DNA from: Gammaproteobacteria bacterium RIFCSPHIGHO2_02_FULL_42_13
Lineage (GTDB): Bacteria > Pseudomonadota > Gammaproteobacteria > UBA12402
Assembly: GCA_001801405.1 (NCBI GenBank)
Contig: MGXQ01000012.1
Coordinates: 156 to 61,602, forward strand
Length of the DNA: 61,447 bases
Reading direction: 5' to 3'
A program made the position numbers and the translations under genes. How positions within the stretch are numbered: the first letter of the stretch is position 1; each line of letters starts with the position of its first letter. A model generated the notes under the pieces. That model was given only the letters and a program-made list of their open reading frames with translations, ran no database searches and was not told the DNA's origin. This document shows, piece by piece, positions 38,653 through 46,254 of this stretch.

Positions 38653-39683
38653 AATGCCACAACTTCTCGTATTTGATTTGACTTTTTTGCAGCCAAAACG
38701 ATCTTTAAACTTTCCAACGCATCCACTCCTGTTACCATCGCAGGACATCCATTACTAATAGAATCAAAAAAATGTTTTATTTCTTGTCCATACATTTCAT
38801 TTCTATCCTCTGCCCCGCAAAAACTCTGCGAAAATTCTTGTTTTTCAGACTCAACAACTAGTCTATCTTCAACACCGTCCCAAATTAATATGCCCAACGC
38901 ACCCACAACCTTACACATGCGACAAGCGGTACGTTGTAACATATCAAGATGGATATTAACCATTAAATTCTTTTCAAACGTTAAAAATACATCCGCGTTA
39001 TCTTCTACATCAATCTCCAATGAACCACTCGAGATCAATCGCGCAAAAACCTCGACAGGTTTGCCCAATAGCCAACAAACATAATCTAACTCATGACTGA
39101 GCTCCAACAAAACACCGCCACCCATTTTCTGTTGCGCCGACACCGTTTTGCGATAATCCACCTCTGGCCGCCAATCCGGCAAATATTGCCCCGTATTAAC
39201 CTGCACGGACAATATATCACCTATTGCTCCGCTCTTTATGAGCTCTCTCGCACGATTTAAGGTCTTTGAAAAGCGAAGATTATATCCAACCATTAAAACT
39301 AATTTTTTCTCTTGGCAAATGGTGATGAGGGTTTCCACGTCTGTTAATGTATTAGACAACGGCTTTTCAATAAACAAATGAATGCCATTTTTTGCCAATT
39401 GCCATGCAACCGAAACATGATAAACCGCTGGATTACACAAAACAGCCGCCATTGGTTTTAATGCAATTGCCTCATTCAGATCATACACAACTTTATCAAT
39501 ATATTGCGTCACAAAATCTTGATCATGCTCGGTCGCTGCATGTCGACAAACAACAATATACGCATCAGGAAAAAGCGCACGAAGATTTTTCACATGCCGC
39601 TTGCCGATACTGCCCAAACCGACAACTAATATAACTGGTTTATGTATGTTTTCTATCATGATACAAGGGTTCACCTTCTTCAA
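38649..39683 (-). CDS. Gfo/Idh/MocA-family oxidoreductase
   Basis: VILVVGLGSIGKRHVKNL and LFIEKPL. 344 aa, or about 336 aa from the second Met. Confidence 0.8.
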   Translation of the reverse strand: MKKVNPCIMIENIHKPVILVVGLGSIGKRHVKNLRALFPDAYIVVCRHAATEHDQDFVTQYIDKVVYDLNEAIALKPMAAVLCNPAVYHVSVAWQLAKNGIHLFIEKPLSNTLTDVETLITICQEKKLVLMVGYNLRFSKTLNRARELIKSGAIGDILSVQVNTGQYLPDWRPEVDYRKTVSAQQKMGGGVLLELSHELDYVCWLLGKPVEVFARLISSGSLEIDVEDNADVFLTFEKNLMVNIHLDMLQRTACRMCKVVGALGILIWDGVEDRLVVESEKQEFSQSFCGAEDRNEMYGQEIKHFFDSISNGCPAMVTGVDALESLKIVLAAKKSNQIREVVAL

Positions 39684-39878
39684 GATACTTATTGGATGAA
39701 CTGGATAAACTGCGAAATCGTTTGAATCATATAATCCAAAAGAAAGCTCAATATCTCATAAAAAATACAAAACAGTCAAGTTCCCCTCCCATTCAAATAA
39801 ATGAGCAAACATTGCCCTGCCCGTCTTCACCCCTAAACCAAAGAAATCATCCATATACTCCGTATAGAAGCTAGCATT

Positions 39879-39908
39879 TTCATATCAACTCGATACAATA
39901 AATATAAT
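39879..39908 (+). promoter_or_regulatory. candidate sigma70-type promoter (TTCATA-18 nt-TATAAT)
   Basis: A perfect -10 hexamer at 39903-39908 and a 4/6 -35 hexamer at 39879-39884. It would fire into the palindrome cluster and the omp gene. Pattern match only. Confidence 0.3.
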
Positions 39909-39921
39909 GTGAAGATTTCCC

Positions 39922-40015
39922 CGCGGCTTGCCGCGTGGGACTTTTCGCTTGGGGATTCTCAAGGGGAGCGGGCGAACGCTCCCCTTGAGTCGCCGTTCGC
40001 GCGGCTTTGCCGCGC
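39922..40015. repeat. GC-rich cluster of three perfect palindromes (REP/MITE-like)
   Basis: CGCGGC-TT-GCCGCG at 39922-39935. CTCAAGGGGAGCG-GGCGAA-CGCTCCCCTTGAG at 39958-39989, with a 13-bp stem. GCGCGGC-TTT-GCCGCGC at 39999-40015. The cluster is markedly more GC-rich than its flanks. The ORFs here on both strands look like artefacts. Confidence 0.7.
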
Positions 40016-40042
40016 AGGCGATCAATAAAAGAAATAAAAATA

Positions 40043-40072
40043 CCCCGTCTGCTTGCAGCGGGGATTTTTATT
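40043..40072 (+). terminator. intrinsic-terminator-like hairpin plus T-tract
   Basis: CCCCG(T)CTGC-TT-GCAGCGGGG followed by ATTTTTATT. The opposite strand also has a T-rich run after the stem. The structure ends only about 18 nt before the omp ATG, whose RBS AGGAGG is at 40078-40083. Confidence 0.45.
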
Positions 40073-40089
40073 ACACAGGAGGTTTCGAC

Positions 40090-40725
40090 ATGCATGATCT
40101 ATTTAAGAAAGCCATATTAGTACTTTTGCTCGCCACGACAAGTGGTATTCTTTTGGCTGCCTCCACCGATTTAATCAACGATAATCAATCCAGCTATCCA
40201 ACGTGGCACGCCATAGTACAGCTCGGCTATGCACGCGCCGATTACTCCAAGAGTTGGCTCACCCATAAACCCGGATTTACCTCAGTAACAAGCACCGATA
40301 AAGCGGGCTACAGCGCACGTTTTGGCGCCGGCTATGATTTTAACTCCTATTTCGCCATTGAAGCAGGTTATTTGTATCTATCCAAAATCATGTTTAATAA
40401 TATTAACAACTCAAAAAGAGATGCAGGCTTTAGAGAACAAATTATTGATCTCGTCGCCAAAACCTCTTTACCTGTATGGCGAAAAAAGTTCGGGCTATTT
40501 ATCAAACCGGGCATCGCCTATATGTATCGTAAAGAAGTCACCGTCGACAGCCTCTCACTCAATAGCCAGTCAAATGGTGGCACCTATGTACCCACAATAG
40601 GTGCAGGACTTTACTGGAATGTTTCACCTCATTTCTATACCGACATCAGCGCACAATATTACGCAAGTAACCATGATTTTAAATCGGTAAAATTTGTGGG
40701 CTTAGGCCTGGGGTATATCTTTTAA
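40090..40725 (+). CDS. small outer-membrane beta-barrel protein (OmpX/OmpW/OMP_b-brl-like)
   Basis: The start is set at ATG 40090, preceded by AGGAGG. Signal peptide MHDLFKKAILVLLLATTSGILLAAS. Alternating aromatic/Gly strands (GAGYDF, EAGYLYL). The C-terminus GLGLGYIF ends in Phe. Confidence 0.75.
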   Translation: MHDLFKKAILVLLLATTSGILLAASTDLINDNQSSYPTWHAIVQLGYARADYSKSWLTHKPGFTSVTSTDKAGYSARFGAGYDFNSYFAIEAGYLYLSKIMFNNINNSKRDAGFREQIIDLVAKTSLPVWRKKFGLFIKPGIAYMYRKEVTVDSLSLNSQSNGGTYVPTIGAGLYWNVSPHFYTDISAQYYASNHDFKSVKFVGLGLGYIF

Positions 40726-41187
40726 ATGATCATCCCACCGATATGGAATTTCCTGAGTATTTTTATCTAAGCGATCAACCTCATTTGGGTCGTGCGGCAA
40801 AGAAGCGCCATTAACAATTAACGAATTTCCATCGAATAAATTTTCAAAACCATACCAAATCATTGGCGGAATTTGAATGAGGCCATAACAATCAATACCT
40901 GTAACTATTTCCTGAACCCTATTATGGGTAGAAGAATTCGGACGATTATCAAATAATACTAATTTAATTTTGCCTATCGGAACGGCATAATGTTGCACCA
41001 TCTTATGATGACGCCTCCAGGCTTTGATCGTCGTGCCTTTGACAAGCGATGCGTACACTTCTCTGACGGCGGATAATTGCATATCACTCAAGATATGCAT
41101 AACCATCCCCCGCTCATCCGTGAATTGTTTGAGTGGTGTAACACAGACCCCATCGATCATGGGTTGATTTACTTCTATTGCACCCAA
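40702..41187 (-). CDS. RmlC-like cupin NDP-4-keto-6-deoxyhexose epimerase/isomerase
   Basis: The small cupin reads IDGVCVTPLKQFTDERG...IKAWRRHHK...LIQIPPMIWYGFENL. It lies directly downstream of rfbG. Its 3' end overlaps the convergent omp gene by 24 bp. Confidence 0.6.
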   Translation of the reverse strand: MGAIEVNQPMIDGVCVTPLKQFTDERGMVMHILSDMQLSAVREVYASLVKGTTIKAWRRHHKMVQHYAVPIGKIKLVLFDNRPNSSTHNRVQEIVTGIDCYGLIQIPPMIWYGFENLFDGNSLIVNGASLPHDPNEVDRLDKNTQEIPYRWDDHLKDIPQA

Positions 41188-42281
41188 AATCGACCTCGTT
41201 CTTTTGCTAAATTCACATATTTTTCAATTTGAGCATTCGTCATCTCTATCATGTTCTCTTTAGAAGACCGATAATAATCACTATACCATTCTCCCGTAAA
41301 CACTATCGCCTCTGAAAAACTTAATGTGGCAGTCCAATCAAGTCGCGCCAATGCTTTATCACAACATAATTTCAACAATCCCGCCTCACAGCCTTGCACT
41401 TCGCAATTAAATAATGTTGAATGCGCAGACTCGCCCCATACGTTACTCAACCCTTTCACTAACTCGCCTACGGTTAAATATGTTTCTGACAACGGACCAA
41501 AGTTAAATGCCTCGCCGATTACATTTTTATTTTTTGCATACAACCGCGCACCCAAATCCAAATAACCACTCAACGGATCTAGCACATGTTGCCAAGGTCG
41601 AATGGCATTAGGTCGTCGCACCTCGACGGTTTCTCCTTTAGCCCACGCACGCATACAATCGGGCACAATGCGATCCTTAGACCAATCTCCTCCACCAATA
41701 ACATTACCCGCTCGCACTGATACCAGCGCCTGATTTGAATCTTGATAGAACGAACGCCCATAAGCACTAATTGCAATTTCAGCACACGCCTTCGATGCAC
41801 TATAAGGATCTTTTCCTCCCAACGCATCTTTTTCACGATAACCGTATTCCCATTCTACATTTTCATAACATTTATCGCTGGTAATGAACACTCCGGCCAC
41901 AACGGAATCAATATGACGTATCGCATCTAACATATTAACTGTCCCCCCTAAATTAACATCAAATGTTAACTTGGGTTCTGCCAACGATGTACGCAAGATT
42001 GGCTGCGCCGCTAAATGAAAAACAATTTCCGGCTGAAAATCTGCCATCACCTGGGATAATCGATCAATATCTCTAATATCGTCCCTATAATCTTGTCGTA
42101 TTTTTTCCTTTAAATGAAGTAATTCATACAAAGACGGTTGAGAGGGAATATCGACAGAATAACCGGCTACATCCGCCCCTAGATTTAACAACCATTGCGT
42201 TAACCAGCTCCCTTTAAACCCGGTGTGACCAGTAACAAAAACGCGACGATTTTTATATACATTATTAAACATATAAAACAA
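41175..42281 (-). CDS. rfbG: CDP-glucose 4,6-dehydratase
   Basis: RVFVTGHTGFKGSWLTQWL and YSASKACAE. The 368-aa length is typical of RfbG/DdhB. Confidence 0.88.
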   Translation of the reverse strand: MFYMFNNVYKNRRVFVTGHTGFKGSWLTQWLLNLGADVAGYSVDIPSQPSLYELLHLKEKIRQDYRDDIRDIDRLSQVMADFQPEIVFHLAAQPILRTSLAEPKLTFDVNLGGTVNMLDAIRHIDSVVAGVFITSDKCYENVEWEYGYREKDALGGKDPYSASKACAEIAISAYGRSFYQDSNQALVSVRAGNVIGGGDWSKDRIVPDCMRAWAKGETVEVRRPNAIRPWQHVLDPLSGYLDLGARLYAKNKNVIGEAFNFGPLSETYLTVGELVKGLSNVWGESAHSTLFNCEVQGCEAGLLKLCCDKALARLDWTATLSFSEAIVFTGEWYSDYYRSSKENMIEMTNAQIEKYVNLAKERGRFWVQ

Positions 42282-42314
42282 GCTCCTGTTTCACACAACT
42301 CATAAATCATCAAC

Positions 42315-42337
42315 TTATTCAGCATACAGCTGAATAA
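42315..42337. other. 9-bp-stem hairpin, TTATTCAGC-ATACA-GCTGAATAA, in the 62-bp gap between the CBS-nucleotidyltransferase gene and rfbG
   Basis: A perfect inverted repeat with no strong T-tract. It could be a processing or stability element or a weak terminator. Confidence 0.4.
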
Positions 42338-42343
42338 CATCTT

Positions 42344-43390
42344 CTAAAAGGTTGGAACATCTATTTGCGCACGTTTAAAATCTTCCATCTTACCCATATC
42401 CAACCAATATTCATGTATGGGAAAAGTCACTATCAGCTTGCCCTCTTGAATCAACCGATTAAACAATGTCGGCATATCAAAGTTATTTTTTCCATGAATA
42501 CTATTAACGATCTCTGGCGACAATACATAAATACCTGCGTTAATAAAAAATTGATACGACGGCTTTTCAATAATTTCCGTAACCGCATGTCCCTCTATCT
42601 GAACGGTTCCATAAGGCACCTGCATACCATATTCCCGTACACACATCGTCACCGCGGCTTTTGAATCTAAATGAAACTGTAATAATTGTCGAAAATTAAC
42701 TTTTGTTAACACATCTGCATTCATTACAATTAAAGGCTGAGATATTTCTGGCAATAACCCCAAGGATCCGCCCGTTCCTAGTGGCTCCTCTTCTTCAAGA
42801 TACTTAATATCAACGCCAAACTGCTCACCCGTGCCAAAATAACTTTTCACCATATTCAATTTATAATGCAGAGACATAAAAAATCTCTGAAACCCATTCA
42901 ATTTAAACTGTTGAATAATATTTTCTAAAACAGGACGTCCACCAATTTTCAATAACGGCTTAGGACAATCATCCGTCAATGGTTTTAATCGCGTCCCAAA
43001 ACCACCCGCCATTAAAAACACCCAATTCGTATTTTTAGCCTCGCGACGCAAATAGGGTGAGATTTCTACGTCAATCATGCATTGATTTTCATCCACAATC
43101 GGCACACAACGTATCGACTGTTCTTCCATCAGAGTAACCAACTCGGCGACATCTATATTGCGCATTGCCATCATCGGCTGACCATTCATCACGGAACAAA
43201 CAGGCTGATCCAGCGTGACATGTCGCAATAAACCACGACGCACATCACCATCCGTCACTACGCCCAATAATTTTAAATCATGATCGACAACAAACACGGT
43301 GCCCAGAGCACCCTGATTAATCACGCGAATGGCGTTTTCTAATGTACAATCTGGATTAACTATAAGTTTTTTCCATTTTATTGCTTCCAT
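42344..43390 (-). CDS. CBS-domain-containing sugar-1-phosphate nucleotidyltransferase (PtmE-like)
   Basis: N-terminal CBS pair (VVDHDLKLLGVVTDGDVRR), then VFLMAGGFGTRLKPLTDDCPKPLLKIGGRPVLE. The start is set at MEAIKWKK (ATG 43390). Confidence 0.75.
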   Translation of the reverse strand: MEAIKWKKLIVNPDCTLENAIRVINQGALGTVFVVDHDLKLLGVVTDGDVRRGLLRHVTLDQPVCSVMNGQPMMAMRNIDVAELVTLMEEQSIRCVPIVDENQCMIDVEISPYLRREAKNTNWVFLMAGGFGTRLKPLTDDCPKPLLKIGGRPVLENIIQQFKLNGFQRFFMSLHYKLNMVKSYFGTGEQFGVDIKYLEEEEPLGTGGSLGLLPEISQPLIVMNADVLTKVNFRQLLQFHLDSKAAVTMCVREYGMQVPYGTVQIEGHAVTEIIEKPSYQFFINAGIYVLSPEIVNSIHGKNNFDMPTLFNRLIQEGKLIVTFPIHEYWLDMGKMEDFKRAQIDVPTF

Positions 43391-43401
43391 CAAACATCCT
43401 A

Positions 43402-44040
43402 CTATATAAGTTCTTTCGCGGGCACACCTACCACTCGCACAAAAGAAGGCACATCGCAAATAACAACAGAACCAGCACCCACTAAACTGCTTTCACCAAT
43501 ATAAATATTTTCAATCACAACCGCACCAGTACCAATATGTACATTAGCACCAATATGCACACCCCCAGACAGTACCACGCCAGGCGCAATATGAACAGAA
43601 GAGCCAATCACACAATCATGATCAACAGATGCGCGGGTATTTATGATGGCATTTTTATGCACAATCACCCCCGCCTGAACAACCGATCCAGCCATAATTT
43701 GCACGCCCTCATGCATGACAACGGACGAACTCACTATCGCTGATGGATGACAAAGCACTGGAAATTGATATCCCATACGAGAAAACTTCTCAAAAATCTT
43801 ACCATGAAGAGAATCAGAACCCACAGCGCCAATGCCATTCGCCAAACAAACTTCTTTGGGGGAGAACTCAGACAACATCTCATCTGAACCAATAATATTT
43901 ATACCCAAAAGACTGGATCCGATTTTATTTTTATCGATATCAACAATGCCAAGCACTTCAAAACAATCCAATCGTTGAATCAAATCAACCACAACCTTCG
44001 CATGTCCGCCGCCGCCCAGAATAATTATTTTTTTTTTCAT
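43402..44040 (-). CDS. NeuD/PglD-family hexapeptide sugar N-acetyltransferase
   Basis: IIILGGGGHAKVV N-terminal domain and a left-handed beta-helix repeat, VHIAPGVVLSGGVHIGANVHIGTGAVV. The start ATG at 44040 forms an ATGA overlap with the upstream stop. The ATG is followed by an A10 tract (44028-44037). Confidence 0.8.
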   Translation of the reverse strand: MKKKIIILGGGGHAKVVVDLIQRLDCFEVLGIVDIDKNKIGSSLLGINIIGSDEMLSEFSPKEVCLANGIGAVGSDSLHGKIFEKFSRMGYQFPVLCHPSAIVSSSVVMHEGVQIMAGSVVQAGVIVHKNAIINTRASVDHDCVIGSSVHIAPGVVLSGGVHIGANVHIGTGAVVIENIYIGESSLVGAGSVVICDVPSFVRVVGVPAKELI

Positions 44041-45113
44041 AAAACAATTTCTTCCTCTGGCTGATATGCTCTGTCCGCACGGCTGCCTAATAAATCCCAA
44101 AAATGAAAAGGAGATACGCCAACGCCTGGGCGTTTGATGGTTAGATTTTCGCTACTAAAAACATCACCCTTTCTAATCAGTTTCAACGCAACAATGCTTT
44201 TACGCACAATGGTAACATTTTCTTTTTCAGACGCTGTAATTTGTTTATTTGCATCACCTAACATCTTTTCAACTTCTCGAATAGCCGTTACCATACTAGA
44301 AAACTCACCGGGCTCTGAAGACACTTTATGATCTGGCCCCGACATTGTTTTGTCTAAAGTAAAATGCTTTTCAATCACTTGAGCACCCCGCGCAACTGCG
44401 GCAATAGCCGCACTAATGCCAACAGTATGATCTGAATATCCAACCATCTAACCAAATTCTTTATGCATCACATCCATGACGCGCAAATTTACATCTTCAA
44501 GCGGCGTTGGGTAGGCAGAATTACAATGCAACAACATCACCTTTTGCTTTAACAGCGCTTTTACCTGCGCAGTTTGATAGGCTTTTTTAAAAGCTCGCAT
44601 GCTCGGCTGCACATGCAAATTTAAATATCCAAAGGCTAACACACTTAAAGCATTTTCTATCTCCAACAATGCTGACATTCCTGTCGATACAATCACATCA
44701 CACCGTCTCTGAGCAATAGCCAACAATAATGGCGCGTTCGTTATCTCACCCGAACCTAATTTGACTTTTTTAACGTCAAAATTATCGACCAAAAAATCCA
44801 GACTTTCAACATCAAAAATCGAAAACAAAATTTCGATCGATTTCTCTCGACAATAATCCATGATCGCTGAATAATCCGACTCAGCCAATTCCAATCGTTT
44901 TAACATAGCAAATTGAGAATCATCTTTCGTCTGTTGATAGGCCGCCTTTGGCGCATGACGCGTTACTAGTCGCGACGCCTTAAACGCCTGAAATTTCACA
45001 ACATCCGCACCCGAAGCAATCGCCGCATCAATTAATTTTTTAGCTAAATCTAAAGAGCCATTGTGGTTCACCCCAATTTCTGCAATTATTTTTGTTTTCG
45101 CTATTTCAGACAT
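44037..45113 (-). pseudogene. neuB: NeuB-family nonulosonic acid synthase (legionaminic/neuraminic type) interrupted by one in-frame TAG
   Basis: The two track ORFs, 44448-45113 and 44037-44447, are contiguous and in the same frame. The minus strand reads ...AAA GAA TTT GGT TAG ATG GTT GGA TAT TCA GAT CAT ACT, which is KEFG*MVGYSDHT. The N-terminal part has IIAEIGVNHNGSLDLAKKLIDAAIASGADVVKFQ. The C-terminal part has VGYSDHTVGI and a SAF-like tail. The stop codon is at 44448-44450. Confidence 0.8.
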
Positions 45114-46254
45114 CGTAAAAACCTTTTTTTAAATTCTTTAGATTAACTCGCTTTAAAATATTTTTTATTTCTTTACTGGCATTGCCCTGCCCTAACGCAT
45201 TTTTATCCATCTGCTGACATTTCCGTTGAGCCAATTTTGACAACGCTTTCTTAATCGCCATTCGTATCGAATGTTCGTCGTCGGAACAGTTAATAACATT
45301 ATCAAACATCAGTCGCCCTATTTGTCGCGAACCAATATTGACCACCGGCAATTTAGACGATGGCGCCTCGATCACGCCACTCGATGAATTTCCGATCATC
45401 AACCCCGCATGCTTCATTAAGGAAAAATATTTTTGAGCTCCAAGCGCCGCATAAATTTTCGCAGATTTATGTTGTTGTGTGAATTTTTTTAATGCTTTGA
45501 AAATTTTTGTATGCTCGGCATCGGCATTGGGTATCGTAAAAATATATTGCAAATTAAATTTTTCCAATGCTTTTAATAAACTCTTAATGTGACGATCCGC
45601 CATGCCCTTTTCCAACGTCACCGGATGATAGGTTACTAAAGCAGTATTTTTATCAATGGGAAACCCCATCTGCGCCTCAAGCGCTTTTTTGCTCAATAGT
45701 TTTGTACGCTTAACATGATCCAAGCCCACCGCCCCCACGCGGAATACTCGCTTAGGATTTTCACCTAATTGAACAACGCGCTTCGCATATTGTTTATGCG
45801 CCACAAAATGCCAATGCGCCATTTTAGTAATCGCATGACGAACGGCGTCATCATAGGCGCCTTCTGTCACTTCCCCGCCATGAATATGCGCAATCGGAAT
45901 CCGCATAAACAGTGCCGCGCTGGCGGCCGCAAACGTTTCAAATCGATCGCCCAATAACACAATAACATCGGGCTTTAATTTCTTATAGGCATTTGTACAA
46001 CCCGCCACACCTACACTAACAGCCTTAGTAACCGCCTCCTCTTTATCAGAGGATAAATTCATTTTCACCTTGGCATCAATTTTAAATCCATCTTGTACAA
46101 TCTGTTTATAAGTGAATCCAAATTTTTCTTCAAGATGCATCCCCATGACAACTATTTGCAATTTCAGTGACGGGTCTTGCTGTATCTCTCGCATTAACCA
46201 ATACAACAACCCATAGTCGGAACGTGCACATGTCATCACTAATATTTTTCGCAC
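45106..46254 (-). CDS. neuC: hydrolysing NDP-HexNAc 2-epimerase (NeuC/LegG type)
   Basis: KILVMTCARSDYGLLYWL and GNSSSGVIEAPS. 382 aa. Confidence 0.85.
   Translation of the reverse strand: MRKILVMTCARSDYGLLYWLMREIQQDPSLKLQIVVMGMHLEEKFGFTYKQIVQDGFKIDAKVKMNLSSDKEEAVTKAVSVGVAGCTNAYKKLKPDVIVLLGDRFETFAAASAALFMRIPIAHIHGGEVTEGAYDDAVRHAITKMAHWHFVAHKQYAKRVVQLGENPKRVFRVGAVGLDHVKRTKLLSKKALEAQMGFPIDKNTALVTYHPVTLEKGMADRHIKSLLKALEKFNLQYIFTIPNADAEHTKIFKALKKFTQQHKSAKIYAALGAQKYFSLMKHAGLMIGNSSSGVIEAPSSKLPVVNIGSRQIGRLMFDNVINCSDDEHSIRMAIKKALSKLAQRKCQQMDKNALGQGNASKEIKNILKRVNLKNLKKGFYDV

Noticed and set aside
38285-38758. A 157-aa plus-strand ORF antisense to the CMP-NulO synthetase gene
   Set aside because: It lies fully within a well-supported minus-strand gene and has no recognisable motifs, so it is a typical shadow ORF. 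The same reasoning applies to the other antisense or nested track ORFs: 1209-1421, 2360-2545, 2630-2890, 4812-5123, 5175-5543, 11028-11311, 11632-12080, 17655-18011, 18859-19300, 41326-41565, 52360-52584, 52971-53486 and 56892-57149.
39692-39874. A 60-aa plus-strand ORF in the large intergenic gap
   Set aside because: It begins at a non-ATG (TTG) codon without a visible RBS, its sequence is Pro/Ser/Gln-rich and low-complexity, and it shows no family signal. It is more likely promoter or leader DNA for the divergent genes.
39922-40072. Possibility that the clustered palindromes are a CRISPR array
   Set aside because: There are only three short, non-identical palindromes with irregular, very short spacing. 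There are no repeat-spacer periodicity and no cas genes anywhere in the window.
39880-40095. A 71-aa minus-strand ORF, plus the N-terminal extension (39928-40089) of the 265-aa plus-strand ORF, both covering the palindrome cluster
   Set aside because: Both frames are open only because the segment is GC-rich and palindromic. The translations are low-complexity (Arg/Gly/Ala/Pro-rich). The omp gene has a proper AGGAGG RBS and a signal peptide starting at 40090. I treat the segment as non-coding.
44448-44450. The TAG in the NeuB-like gene as a programmed recoding site (pyrrolysine or similar)
   Set aside because: No pyl genes or recoding signals are visible, and nothing in this lineage suggests one. 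A nonsense mutation or a sequencing error is far more parsimonious.
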